Shown here: positions 1 to 8,242 of the stretch, one piece after another
How positions within the stretch are numbered: the stretch's first letter is position 1
Layout: every line of letters begins with the position of its first letter
Assembly (NCBI RefSeq): GCF_006345805.1
Contig: NW_021826429.1
Coordinates: 1 to 13,181, forward strand
Direction: 5' to 3'
DNA length: 13,181 bases
Source of the DNA: Octopus sinensis
Taxonomy: Eukaryota
Notes under the pieces: model-generated
What the model saw: only the letters and a program-made list of their open reading frames with translations
The model's database searches: none
Told to the model about the DNA's origin: nothing
Translations under genes and position numbers: made by a program

Positions 1-960
1 GAAAGTAATCAATGACAATACAGGTGTTATTTCGTGATAACCCACCTGCTGTTGTTGTTGTCGTTGGTTCTCAGATTACGTTTATTTTACTAAGAATAAG
101 AACAAGAATAACAACGTTGTCGTCATCTTCTTCGTCTTCGCCATCTTCCTTGTTATTATCTTCTTCGTCACCGCGGCCGCTATCCACAATCACTATCATC
201 GTAATCATCATCATTGTCAACGTCATCATCCTAATCCTCCACCTCCTCCTCATCATCCTCCTCATCATCAGAATCCCTTACTACGACGACAACGACCACC
301 ATCATCATCATTATCTTCCTCCTCTTCCTGTTCTTTCTCCGCCTCCTCATCATCACCAGCATCACTGCCATCATCAGTACCATCACCATCACAACAAACA
401 CCACATATCACAGCCACCATCACTACCACCACCACCACCACCACCACCACCACCACCACCACCACCACCACCACCGCCGCCGCCGCCGCCGCCCGCCGCC
501 GCCGCCACCGCCGTCACCGTCGCCATCATGAGAATCATCATCCCCACAACCACTATCCGCATCCTTTACCCATTCCAACTCCTCTTTTCCCTCCTCCTCA
601 TTCCCCCCTCCTCACGACCACAGCCACAGCAATAGTAATAAAATTCGAGAATACCGATCTAAAATACCAAAATATGAAAATATTTCTCCATCGTTATCAT
701 TATCATCCTCCTCCTTCATGATCGGGATGATAATGATAATGATGATGATGATGACAATTTTTATCGTCGTCATCCTCATCGCCACTATCTCCCCTACTCA
801 ATTATTTGGAACACGATAACAACCATCATCGATATAATTACGAGAAATACAATGCCATATAGATAATTATCAATGAGGAAATCTTTACCAATGTAAATAA
901 CATTATCGATGGCATACCATTATTTCAAGAGATATTACCTAGAGGGGTGATCTCGTCGTC
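1..960. repeat. Low-complexity cryptic trinucleotide region (CAT/CAC/CTT/GAT/CCA/CCG)
   Basis: Degenerate ATC/CAT/CCT/CAC runs; near-perfect (CCA)n at ~425-474 passes into (CCG)n at ~474-513. ORF 12..635 is only poly-S/I/H/P/A. Confidence 0.85.
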
Positions 961-1013
961 ATAATAATAACAATAATAACAGCAGCAGCAACAACAATAA
1001 CAACAACAATACA

Positions 1014-1081
1014 ACACATACCCAAGGCACACAGAGCTGCGCTCTGTAGTTCAGTGAAAGCACGTTATAAAAATAAAACTA

Positions 1082-1085
<4 letters not shown>
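1014..1085 (+). mobile_element. 72-bp repeat unit, copy 1 of 3, embedded in (AAC/AAT)n; possibly the extreme 3' end of an R4/Dong-like element
   Basis: acacatacccaaggc...gagctgcgctc...gcacgttataaaaataaaactactga followed by (AAT)n; near-identical to 1187-1258 and 1969-2040. The family assignment is inference. Confidence 0.7.
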
Positions 1086-1168
<83 letters not shown>

Positions 1169-1186
1169 AATAATAATAAAAATAAT
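1086..1186. repeat. (AAT)n-(GAT)n compound microsatellite
   Basis: Directly visible. Confidence 0.95.
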
Positions 1187-1254
1187 ACACATACCCAAGG
1201 CATACAGAGCTGCGCTCGGTAGTGCAGTAAAAGCACGTTATAAAAATAAAAGTA

Positions 1255-1258
<4 letters not shown>
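1187..1258 (+). mobile_element. 72-bp repeat unit, copy 2 of 3
   Basis: Near-identical to 1014-1085, same orientation, followed by (AAT)n. Confidence 0.7.
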
Positions 1259-1331
<73 letters not shown>

Positions 1332-1344
1332 TGATGATGATGAT
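1259..1344. repeat. (AAT)n-(GAT)n compound microsatellite
   Basis: Directly visible. Confidence 0.95.
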
Positions 1345-1884
1345 GCCCTGATGCAGTACCAGACAGTGTCTCTCGTGGCTTCTGATCTAACTGATTGGAA
1401 GGTTATCATGTACATTGTTTTGTCTTGTATAAAGATGGGCTACAGCAAATATTCTGCTCAATACACAGATTTGCTTGTCAGTTGTTTGACATTAACCAGT
1501 TGACCATGTCCCTTAGTAGCTGACGATATGTGCAGTCCTGATCACGAGCAGAAGTAGTGGGGGAGCATCATAGCCGTGTGTTCAGAGGGATTCTTTGGGG
1601 TTTGAATAATTCACCTCTGGAAACATGTTCAACATCCTTAAACAACCCTTATTCAGGGATCTTTTGAGCGGGATGGGCTACTCGACCAGAAGAAAATTCT
1701 AACCGGGCCCCACCTGCAAGGTTATGCGCTGTTTATCTTGATATGAGATCACCATGTCCCGCACATTTGGTTGTGATACATGTGCCTGGTGTACCCTTAT
1801 CAGACTGGTAGTCATCATGGGTATACTGGGCATCGTATATTTTACCCCAGTGTCACTTCGATGCCATGCACTGCTCTCTCACTC
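1345..1884 (+). mobile_element. Unclassified ~540-bp non-coding interspersed element in an (AAT)n/(GAT)n array, copy A
   Basis: Reverse complement of 10207-10752, >90% identical by eye, with the same termini (gccctgatgcagtacc...ctctctcactc). Both copies are flanked by AAT/GAT repeats. The strand is nominal (the strand reading AAT). Confidence 0.85.
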
Positions 1885-1949
<65 letters not shown>

Positions 1950-1965
1950 CAACAACAATAATAAT
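1885..1965. repeat. (AAT)n/(AAC)n microsatellite
   Basis: Directly visible. Confidence 0.95.
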
Positions 1966-1968
1966 ACA

Positions 1969-2040
1969 GCACATACCCAAGGCACATAGAGCTGCACTCG
2001 GTAGTGCAGTGAAAGCACGTTATAAAAATAGAACTACTGA
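1969..2040 (+). mobile_element. 72-bp repeat unit, copy 3 of 3
   Basis: Near-identical to the other two copies, followed by (AAT)n at 2041-2100. Confidence 0.7.
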
Positions 2041-2049
2041 ATAATAATA

Positions 2050-2102
<53 letters not shown>

Positions 2103-2103
<1 letters not shown>

Positions 2104-2185
2104 CAGTGATTGTAGGATAATAAAAAAAGGCACTGAAACCTATTTGAAAATGATACCAAGCTTACCATCCCTACAGGTACTGCAT
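2103..2185 (+). mobile_element. Decayed C-terminal fragment of an R4/Dong-like RLE non-LTR retrotransposon
   Basis: Translates as TVIVG / frameshift / IIKKGTETYLKMIPSLPSLQ (2117-2176), then GTA in another frame. This aligns by eye with (PAVIGALG)IIKKVAEQYIKQLPGNSNLR...GTAH of the element at 12584-13099. It lies directly after an (AAT)n run. Confidence 0.65.
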
Positions 2186-2192
2186 GAAATGC

Positions 2193-2233
2193 TAAGCACT
2201 GAAGATGACACACAATGTCGAAACAACGGCTTA
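2193..2233 (+). ncRNA. Degenerate hammerhead-ribozyme-like motif (Penelope-like-element type)
   Basis: TAAGC-A-CTGAAGA-T-GAC-acacaat-GTC-GAAAC-aacg-GCTTA gives core CUGANGA, stem II GAC/GUC, GAAAC and stem I UAAGC/GCUUA. The GUH cleavage triplet is missing. Confidence 0.45.
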
Positions 2234-2494
2234 AACATATAAAGAGATTAAACGCTGAGGTTAAAATGAAATAAACCATTGATATTTTTCACCAATATAC
2301 AAATACACAAAATAATTTCACATATATATATGTCCTCACAAAGCGTCACAGGTACATACATTGATAAAATAGACACAAGTAGATTTTTAAAAAATTTTAT
2401 TTTTATTAGCAAAACCCAGCACCAAATCCTTTATTGTCTTTTACATAATAATATAATACATATTATATGTATGTGTGTGTGTATAAGATACATC

Positions 2495-2521
2495 ATATGT
2501 GGTATATATATATATATATAT

Positions 2522-2569
<48 letters not shown>

Positions 2570-3008
2570 ATATTATATATATATATATCTAATATATATA
2601 TATATATACATATTATAAGTGAAACAATACAAAAAAATTGTAAATGGAATTTCATCACAGAAAATATTCAGTAAAGTGGTGTCCCCTTCATATTCATAAA
2701 ATTTTGTAGAAAAATAATAAAAAAAAGCGAGAGAAGGGGTGAGAGTGAGTGAGAGACAGAGATAGAAAGAAAGAAGAGGAGGGAGAGGGAAAGAGAAGAA
2801 CAAAAAATTTCGAAATTTTCCATTGTTTGTTAATTCTCAGAAAATCTGTTATAAATTACAAAAAACTAATAAAAAGCCCCAAAAAACAAAACAAAAAAAC
2901 CCCAGTTTTAAATGAATATATACATAAATACATAGAAGTGTGTATATATATATATATCATATGGTGTTCTATGGTATATGTATATATATATATTATAATA
3001 TATATATA

Positions 3009-3039
<31 letters not shown>

Positions 3040-3045
3040 CGTATC

Positions 3046-3116
<71 letters not shown>

Positions 3117-3265
3117 ATATTATTATATATGTATGTATGTATATGTGTATGTATACATATACATACACACACATATATATTTCATGAAAAAACTAAAAGA
3201 AAACCAAATTGAAATTATTTATTTATTTATTTATTTATAATTTATATATATATATATATCTATAT
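2495..3265. repeat. Interrupted (TA)n arrays (2505-2620, 2941-3180, 3240-3265) with A-rich and (GA)-rich low-complexity spacers
   Basis: Directly visible; source of the IY-repeat ORFs. Confidence 0.9.
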
Positions 3266-3276
3266 TTTATATTTTC

Positions 3277-3315
3277 AGACATTCAAATCTTGGGCCCCTG
3301 ATACTATGCCAAATG
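3277..3315 (+). repeat. 39-bp motif duplicated at 5264-5302 (35/39 identical); this copy has micro-exon-like splice signals
   Basis: agacattcaaatcttgggcccctgatactatgccaaatg vs agacattcaaatcttgggtacctgacactatgccaaacg. Context is ttttatattttcag|...atggtc|gtaagt. Confidence 0.75.
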
Positions 3316-3483
3316 GTCGTAAGTGATATACGTAATACTCTAACGCATGCATCTCCTTTGGTGAGACGTAATGGAATGTGATAGGATAATCACTGATATT
3401 GTGTATTCCCTGAAACGAAAAACAGGAAAGATTAGATACATACATTTAAAATTTGGTACATGTATTAGGTTTGAAGTTTGTAG

Positions 3484-3960
3484 GATATGAATATTCGATT
3501 AGATGCAATGATCTTCTTAAATTCTGGCGATCATGTAAGAACTGACAGTATTCCGAGAAGAATAGATGAAGGAAACTCACAAGAGGATGCTTGTAAAATA
3601 CCATGGTAGAGCAGAGTAGAAACCAGAGCTGGTAAACGCCGTGCGAAGGCAATTAAAGCGAGATAGTTTTCCCTTCCGTGGGCCATTCAGGAGCGTTCAC
3701 TCTGTAAAACCCCGACTAGGCTTGGAGTTACTGGTACAGCTAAGAAGAGTGACATGTGTTCCATTACTGAGGCTACAGAGAAGGCCACAAGTGGTTTTGG
3801 ATAAAGATGGCAGATCAGCGGTTTTCTGTTACTGGGCTGCAACCCTGGCTGGGGGCTACGGAGAAAGAGGGTCTGATGTTGGAACACCCAAAACCCAGTA
3901 AGACCTCAGAAACACCACTGATGATGCATCCAAAAAGCATCAATGAAATGTATCTTAAAA
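3484..3960 (+). mobile_element. Decayed 3' end of a HERO-like RLE non-LTR retrotransposon (RLE domain plus 3' UTR)
   Basis: Across stops and frameshifts: IRLDAMIF (cf. LRPDIVL), ELTVFREE*MKETHKR (3539-; cf. ELTVPWEERMEEAHER), RSLCKTPTRLGVTGTAKK..SITEATEKAT (3694-) and WFWIK (3792-3806). The downstream gggtctgatgtt...acccag...cactgatgatg...atgtatct resembles HERO 3' UTRs as I recall them. Confidence 0.75.
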
Positions 3961-4155
3961 CTATGTAAACTAAACAAGACTGGCAGTATTTCATCAAGTG
4001 GAGCAGGATATAAAGCGAAACCAACGTCGGTGAGAATTTGTGTGAAGAATTTAATCGCTGGTATTGAACACTGTAATTAGCACGTTAGTGTCCGGTACGC
4101 TAACGATTCTGCTAATTATCGCCGAATACACACATATTCAAATGTGTGTGTGGTA

Positions 4156-4183
4156 TGTATATATATATATATATCTAGATATA

Positions 4184-4231
<48 letters not shown>

Positions 4232-4237
4232 ATATAT
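4156..4237. repeat. (TA)n microsatellite
   Basis: Directly visible. Confidence 0.95.
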
Positions 4238-4620
4238 GGAGTGGTGTGTGGTAAGTAGCTGCTTACCAACCACATGGTTCCGGGTTCAGTACCACTGCGT
4301 GGCACCTTGGGTATGTGTCTTCTACAATAGCCTCAGGCTGACCAAAGCCTTGTAAGTGGATTTGGTAGGCGGAAACTGAACGAAGCCCGTCGTATATATA
4401 TATGTATATATGTGTGTGCGTGTGTGTTTGCCCCCTCCATCCAACATCGCTTGACAACCGATGCTGGTGTGTTTGCGTCCCCGTAGCTTAGCGGTTCGGC
4501 AAAAGAGACCGATAGAATAAGTACTAGGCTTACAAAGAATAAGTCCTGGGGTCGATTTGCTCGACTAAAGACGGTGCTCCAGCATGACCGCAGTCAAATG
4601 ACTGAAACAAGTAAAAGAGT
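4238..4620 (+). mobile_element. tRNA-derived SINE, family 1 (CORE-like central domain), near full length
   Basis: A-box-like gtggtgtgtggtaag, B-box-like gggttcagtacc, CORE-like ggcaccttggg..tgtctt, internal TA/TG tract and tail ...gaaacaagtaaaagag. Inverted homologue at 4715-5073. Confidence 0.85.
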
Positions 4621-4714
4621 ATATATATTTATATATATAATGTGTGTGTGTGCGTTTGTGTATATGCATACACACGGCACACATATATGTAAACACACTA
4701 TCACACACACACAC

Positions 4715-5073
4715 GCTGGGACATCGCCTTGAATTTTTAGTCGAACGAATAGAACCCCAGTAGTTATTTTTTAAGGCCTAGTACTTATTATATTGGTCTT
4801 CTTTGGCGAACCACTAAGTTATGGAGACGTAAACACACCAACACCGGTTGTGAAGCGGTGGGGGGGGGGGAGACAAAGAAACACACGCACAGGCGCACAC
4901 AGACATATACGACGGGCTTCTTTCAGTTTCCGTCTACCAAATCCACTCACGAGGCTTTGGTCGGCCCGAGGCTATAGTAGAAGACATTTGGCGAAGGTGC
5001 CACGCAGTGGGACTGAACCCAAAACCATGTTGTTGTGAAGTAAACTTCTTTCCATATAGCCATGCCTGTGCCT
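4715..5073 (-). mobile_element. tRNA-derived SINE, family 1, inverted copy
   Basis: The reverse complement reads aggcacaggcatggctatatgg...gggttcagtcccactgcgtggcacctt...gatttggtagacggaaactgaaagaagcccgtcg, collinear with 4238-4590. Confidence 0.85.
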
Positions 5074-5079
5074 TTATAC

Positions 5080-5123
5080 ATGCACACACACATACATACA
5101 CACATATGCGTACATACACATAT

Positions 5124-5162
<39 letters not shown>

Positions 5163-5351
5163 CATATATATATACATACATGCACGCACACATATATATG
5201 CGCACATACACACACACGCACATATATATACGCACATACACACACGTATATAAATCACAAAAAAGACATTCAAATCTTGGGTACCTGACACTATGCCAAA
5301 CGTTTACGCGCACACATCCACATACACATGCATACACACAAACGCAACACA

Positions 5352-5398
<47 letters not shown>

Positions 5399-5432
5399 TA
5401 TATATACACACATATATATATACATATATACG
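5080..5432. repeat. (CA)/(TA)/(CACG) microsatellite mosaic containing the second copy of the 39-bp motif (5264-5302)
   Basis: Directly visible. Confidence 0.9.
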
Positions 5433-5437
5433 CACGC

Positions 5438-5570
5438 AGATACCAAAGCAATGAATGTCAAGCAAGGTCTGATACCCGCTCCTCTTTCCGGGTTTACTGG
5501 TCAGTCACTCTACAGATCTTATAACATGCCGAGCATCACAGAGACTGTCAGATAGACGGCCTTAACGTTG
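5438..5570 (+). mobile_element. Possible second, heavily decayed HERO-like RLE fragment
   Basis: RYQSNECQ in one frame, then KQG...SGFTGQSLYRSYNMPSITETVR in another. These resemble KYQ.L..ECR.QGW...RGFAGQSL.RAY..LGITG. The match is short and has deletions. Confidence 0.4.
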
Positions 5571-5820
5571 ATCGTGATCCCAACGACTATTTTCGACTTT
5601 CTACTGGCAACTAAATGAACCCATCTTCTTTTGATGTTGCAGTCAATTGTACGAAGAAAAGGGCGAAAAACATTTCAACGGATCCCCATCTTTCTTATCT
5701 ACATGCTCGCTTTATGGAAATAGGGACAACGCGGTACAATGCCCATGTTGTCTACAACAAGGACGCTACTTAATTGTCTTGCAGTACTGAACACAAATTC
5801 TTCCATTTTGGAAATAATTA

Positions 5821-6215
5821 TTCTTTTCTACTCAAGGCACAAGGCCGAATTTTTGGGGAGGGGCCAGTCGATTAGATCGACCCCAGTATGCAACTGGTAT
5901 TTAATTTATCGACACCGAAGGGATGAACAGCAACGTCGACCTCGGCGGAATTTGAACTCAGAACGTAAAGACAGACGAAATACCTATTTCTTTACTACCC
6001 ACAAGAGGCTAAACACGGAGAGGACAAACAAGGACAGACAAGGGATTAAGTCGATTATATCGACTCCAGTGCGTAACTGGTACTTATTAATCGACTCCGA
6101 AAGTATGAATGGCAACGTCGACCTCGGCGGAATTTGAACTCAGAACATAAAGACAGACGAAATACCGCTAAGCATTTCGCCCGGCGTGCTAACGGTTCTG
6201 CCAGCTCGCCGCCTT
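5821..6215 (-). mobile_element. tRNA-derived SINE, family 2, head-to-tail dimeric form
   Basis: Minus strand: head aaggcggcgagctggcagaaccgttagc, B box gagttcaaattc, body (ttgcc.ttcat.ctttcgg.gtcgat..aagtaccagt). A second B-box-plus-body unit starts at the gaaataggtatttcgtc junction (~5977-5990). Same architecture as 9784-10180. Confidence 0.9.
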
Positions 6216-6404
6216 ATTTCGGAAATAATTATTGATGGTAAAAAGTGTGAGCGGAAGAGAAACGTTTGAATGTTGCAAAGTGGGGAAATAGCCCAATTTA
6301 CAATAACAGAACAATTTCATGCATAATTTTGGTGTGGTGGAAGGTTGGTAGGAATTAAAAGCAGAAACAAACTAAAAGACTACAAAATAGAAATATACCT
6401 CACC

Positions 6405-6407
6405 AAA

Positions 6408-6450
<43 letters not shown>
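6405..6450. repeat. (AAAT)n microsatellite
   Basis: Directly visible. Confidence 0.95.
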
Positions 6451-6516
6451 CAAAAAGTCAACAGCATAATGAGGAGTTGTGGAAAAAATTTGAGTAACAA
6501 TGGTGTAAAATTAGAT

Positions 6517-6522
6517 ACTTAC
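6517..6522 (-). promoter_or_regulatory. 5' splice donor GTAAGT of the C1GALT1-like exon (phase 0)
   Basis: The minus strand reads ...GCT AGA TCT|gtaagtatctaa. The ORF-track ending 'VSI*' is intron read-through. Confidence 0.85.
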
Positions 6523-7178
6523 AGATCTAGCTCCGTTTGAATCGTATTTGTAAAACCAATCCGGAAAACCTCCGTGAAGATGTGTATTCAAATTAAAACA
6601 ATGGAAACGTGATCTTCCAAGGTTATCAACAGTTTTTCCAGCTGTGACATTTAACTTCATTAAACAGCTGCCTATTTCTGCATCCTCAGCTCCTCCATCT
6701 TGACGACAAAGCTGTGAATTTCCTAGCAAAGCAAATCGACGCAAAGCCTCTTTACTGAGTACGTACCCGGCACCGCCGCTGTGATAACCTCCTTTAACTA
6801 TGGTTTTAAAATGATGTCCAAAGTAAATGGGATCGTTGGGGTTCTTAGTAGAGAGAAAGTACCGAAGATTTTCCACAATGACGTAGGTGTCGTCATCCGC
6901 TTTCATAAACCAATCAGCATCGTTGAAGTGGTTTTGGTAAACATAGCGAAACGCTTGCATAGTCTTCCCCGTTAAGTGTTGCCTCCCTTCGGAAATATTT
7001 AGACCAATGGTTGGGAATTTGGGATCGGACACTGAACTCATGTAAAGTATTTTATTGCATCGTTTTCCCCACGTGTGTTTCACATGTATGGCTTTGGTGC
7101 TCAGAGATTGTGGACTTGTCATAACCCAACACAAGACACGGATTTTTTTCTTCATCGCATCAGCAATGGTGTAGTCGT
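6523..7178 (-). CDS. C1GALT1: Internal coding exon (656 bp, phase 1 start, phase 0 end) of core 1 beta-1,3-galactosyltransferase / T-synthase-like gene (GT31 family, catalytic domain)
   Basis: (D)DYTIADAMKKKIRVLCWVMTSPQSLSTKAIHVKHTWGKRCNKILYMSS...DWFMKADDDTYVIVENLRYFLS...PIYFGHHFK..VKGGYHSGGAGYVLSKEALRRF...EDAEIGSCL...RFHCF...WFYKY. It carries the C1GALT1 hallmarks (VxxxCWVMT, TWxxRCNK, DDD metal-binding motif, SGGAGYVLSKEAL), has no stops or frameshifts, and has canonical AG/GT boundaries. The flanking exons were not found in the window. Confidence 0.95.
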
Positions 7179-7229
7179 CTGGTTTATGTTAAAGCAGGAA
7201 AAAAAAAAGGAAAAAAAAATCTATTAGAA
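7179..7229 (-). promoter_or_regulatory. 3' splice acceptor: branch-point-like TTCTAAT, polypyrimidine tract and CCAG
   Basis: The minus strand reads tttctaatagatttttttttccttttttttttcctgctttaacataaaccag|ACGACTAC. An in-frame TAA upstream rules out extension of the reading frame. Confidence 0.8.
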
Positions 7230-7344
7230 ATGCAAATAAAAGTATACATCAAACAATCAAATAATAAAATTTTTCGTTGGAACATTGGATCTTGAAGCAG
7301 AATAGCTATAAATAATGGTTTTAAATTTTGTCCCAAGTAAATTT

Positions 7345-7595
7345 CAAAGAAAGGGGCCAGTGGATTACATCCAACCTAGTGCTCAACTGACACTTATTTT
7401 ATCGACTCCGTAAGGATGAAGGGTAAAGTCAACCTCAGCGGAATTTGAACTCAGAACGTAAAGATAAGGCCAGAAACTTCGAGGGAAGGAGTCAGTCGAT
7501 TGCATCGACCCCAGCGTTCAACTGGTACTTATTTTATCGACCCCGTAAGAATGAAAGACAAAGTCGACTGTGATGAAGTTTGAACTCTGAACGTT
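7345..7595 (-). mobile_element. Two tandem 5'-truncated family-2 SINE units
   Basis: Two repeats (~7345-7460 and ~7465-7593) of minus-strand acgttc.gagttcaaa.t....gtcgactttg.ctttcat.ctt.cggggtcgataaaataagt. Confidence 0.8.
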
Positions 7596-7997
7596 TAGAT
7601 AAACTATAAATAATAATAATGTGTAAATATTGGGTTAAAAAAAAAACCCTTCTCATATTTCACAGCTTAGGTAAAAGGGGCTGCAACCTTGGTCTTTTTC
7701 AGGATCTTTGACTAGCTATCTACCCCGAGTACATACAAAAGAGGGTTTTTTTTTTATTAAAGGCACTAAACGGTTGGGTTGTGGTGTTAAACCGGGTAAC
7801 CGATTAAGTCTGCCAATTTCGATGGGATTCTACATAATTTCTCTCTGGAGAATTTCCCTCGCAAGCTTTTGGCGGTCCGGGGCTATCTTGGAAAAGTCTT
7901 ATCCAATATGCTGCGCTGTGCGATCGAATCCGAAAGTGGACAGGTGCAATGCAGACTCCTTAACAACGCAGCGATAAAGACAAGACACAATGTCAAC

Positions 7998-8002
<5 letters not shown>

Positions 8003-8032
<30 letters not shown>

Positions 8033-8048
8033 TGTATGTATGTATGTA
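8003..8048. repeat. (TATG)n microsatellite
   Basis: Directly visible. Confidence 0.95.
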
Positions 8049-8071
8049 GAGAATTCACACACACACAAAAA

Positions 8072-8233
8072 AACATACAAAAGACGAAGACAGGTGGTGT
8101 AGACAACAAATAGATGTATTAGTATAACGCTTGGGATGTGAAAAAGTCTTTAACGTTTCGAACCTACGCTCTTCCACAGAAAGGAACACAGAAAGAAACA
8201 AAGAGAGAAAATAAAGAATATGTAGTGGCTAAC
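8072..8233 (-). mobile_element. 162-bp repeat, copy 1, carrying a minimal hammerhead-like motif (8147-8184, minus); probably derived from a Penelope-like element
   Basis: Only 3 differences from 11448-11609. Minus strand: CCTTT-CTGTGGA-A-GAG-cgtagg-TTC-GAAAC-GTT-AAAGA. Confidence 0.7.
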
Positions 8234-8242
8234 GATCTATCA

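Noticed and set aside
12-635. 207-aa ORF with poly-Ser/His/Pro/Ala
   Set aside because: Entirely explained by trinucleotide low-complexity DNA; no domain, no credible splice context.
1520-1526. CTGACGA hammerhead box within the 540-bp element
   Set aside because: No stem II followed by GAAA at a suitable distance.
1014-2040. Repeat-spacer pattern superficially like a CRISPR array
   Set aside because: The units are 72 bp, the spacers are microsatellites or another element, the DNA is eukaryotic and there are no cas genes.
2620-2940. A-rich segment with a possible + strand acceptor (ttaattctcag, ~2840)
   Set aside because: No convincing downstream exon or donor; low complexity and possibly noisy consensus.
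2279-3240. Several IY/YI-rich ORFs (also HT/CV-rich ORFs at 4934-5555 and YVCM-type ORFs at 7869-9124)
   Set aside because: Translations of (TA)n, (CA)n and (TATG)n, which lack stops in some frames.
3918-3950. CTGATGA...GAAA in the HERO-like 3' UTR as a hammerhead
   Set aside because: Five extra nucleotides lie between the stem and GAAA, and there is no stem III/GUH or stem I.
1-6500. Search for the final C1GALT1 exon (SD.AISFHY...LEY..YHL) on the minus strand
   Set aside because: No such peptide was found in the unique segments (3330-4060, 5440-5820); it is probably beyond the left edge.
6511-6522. ORF-track C-terminus VSI* as the true protein end
   Set aside because: It coincides with a perfect GTAAGT donor, and the family has a further conserved C-terminal segment.
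7221-7222. Alternative upstream AG acceptor
   Set aside because: It would add 42 nt containing an in-frame TAA and lies immediately after the putative branch point.
7883-7998. MLTLCLVFIAALL... as the signal-anchor exon of C1GALT1
   Set aside because: The frame ends in a stop with no good phase-1 donor, the ATG abuts a microsatellite, and there is no family similarity.
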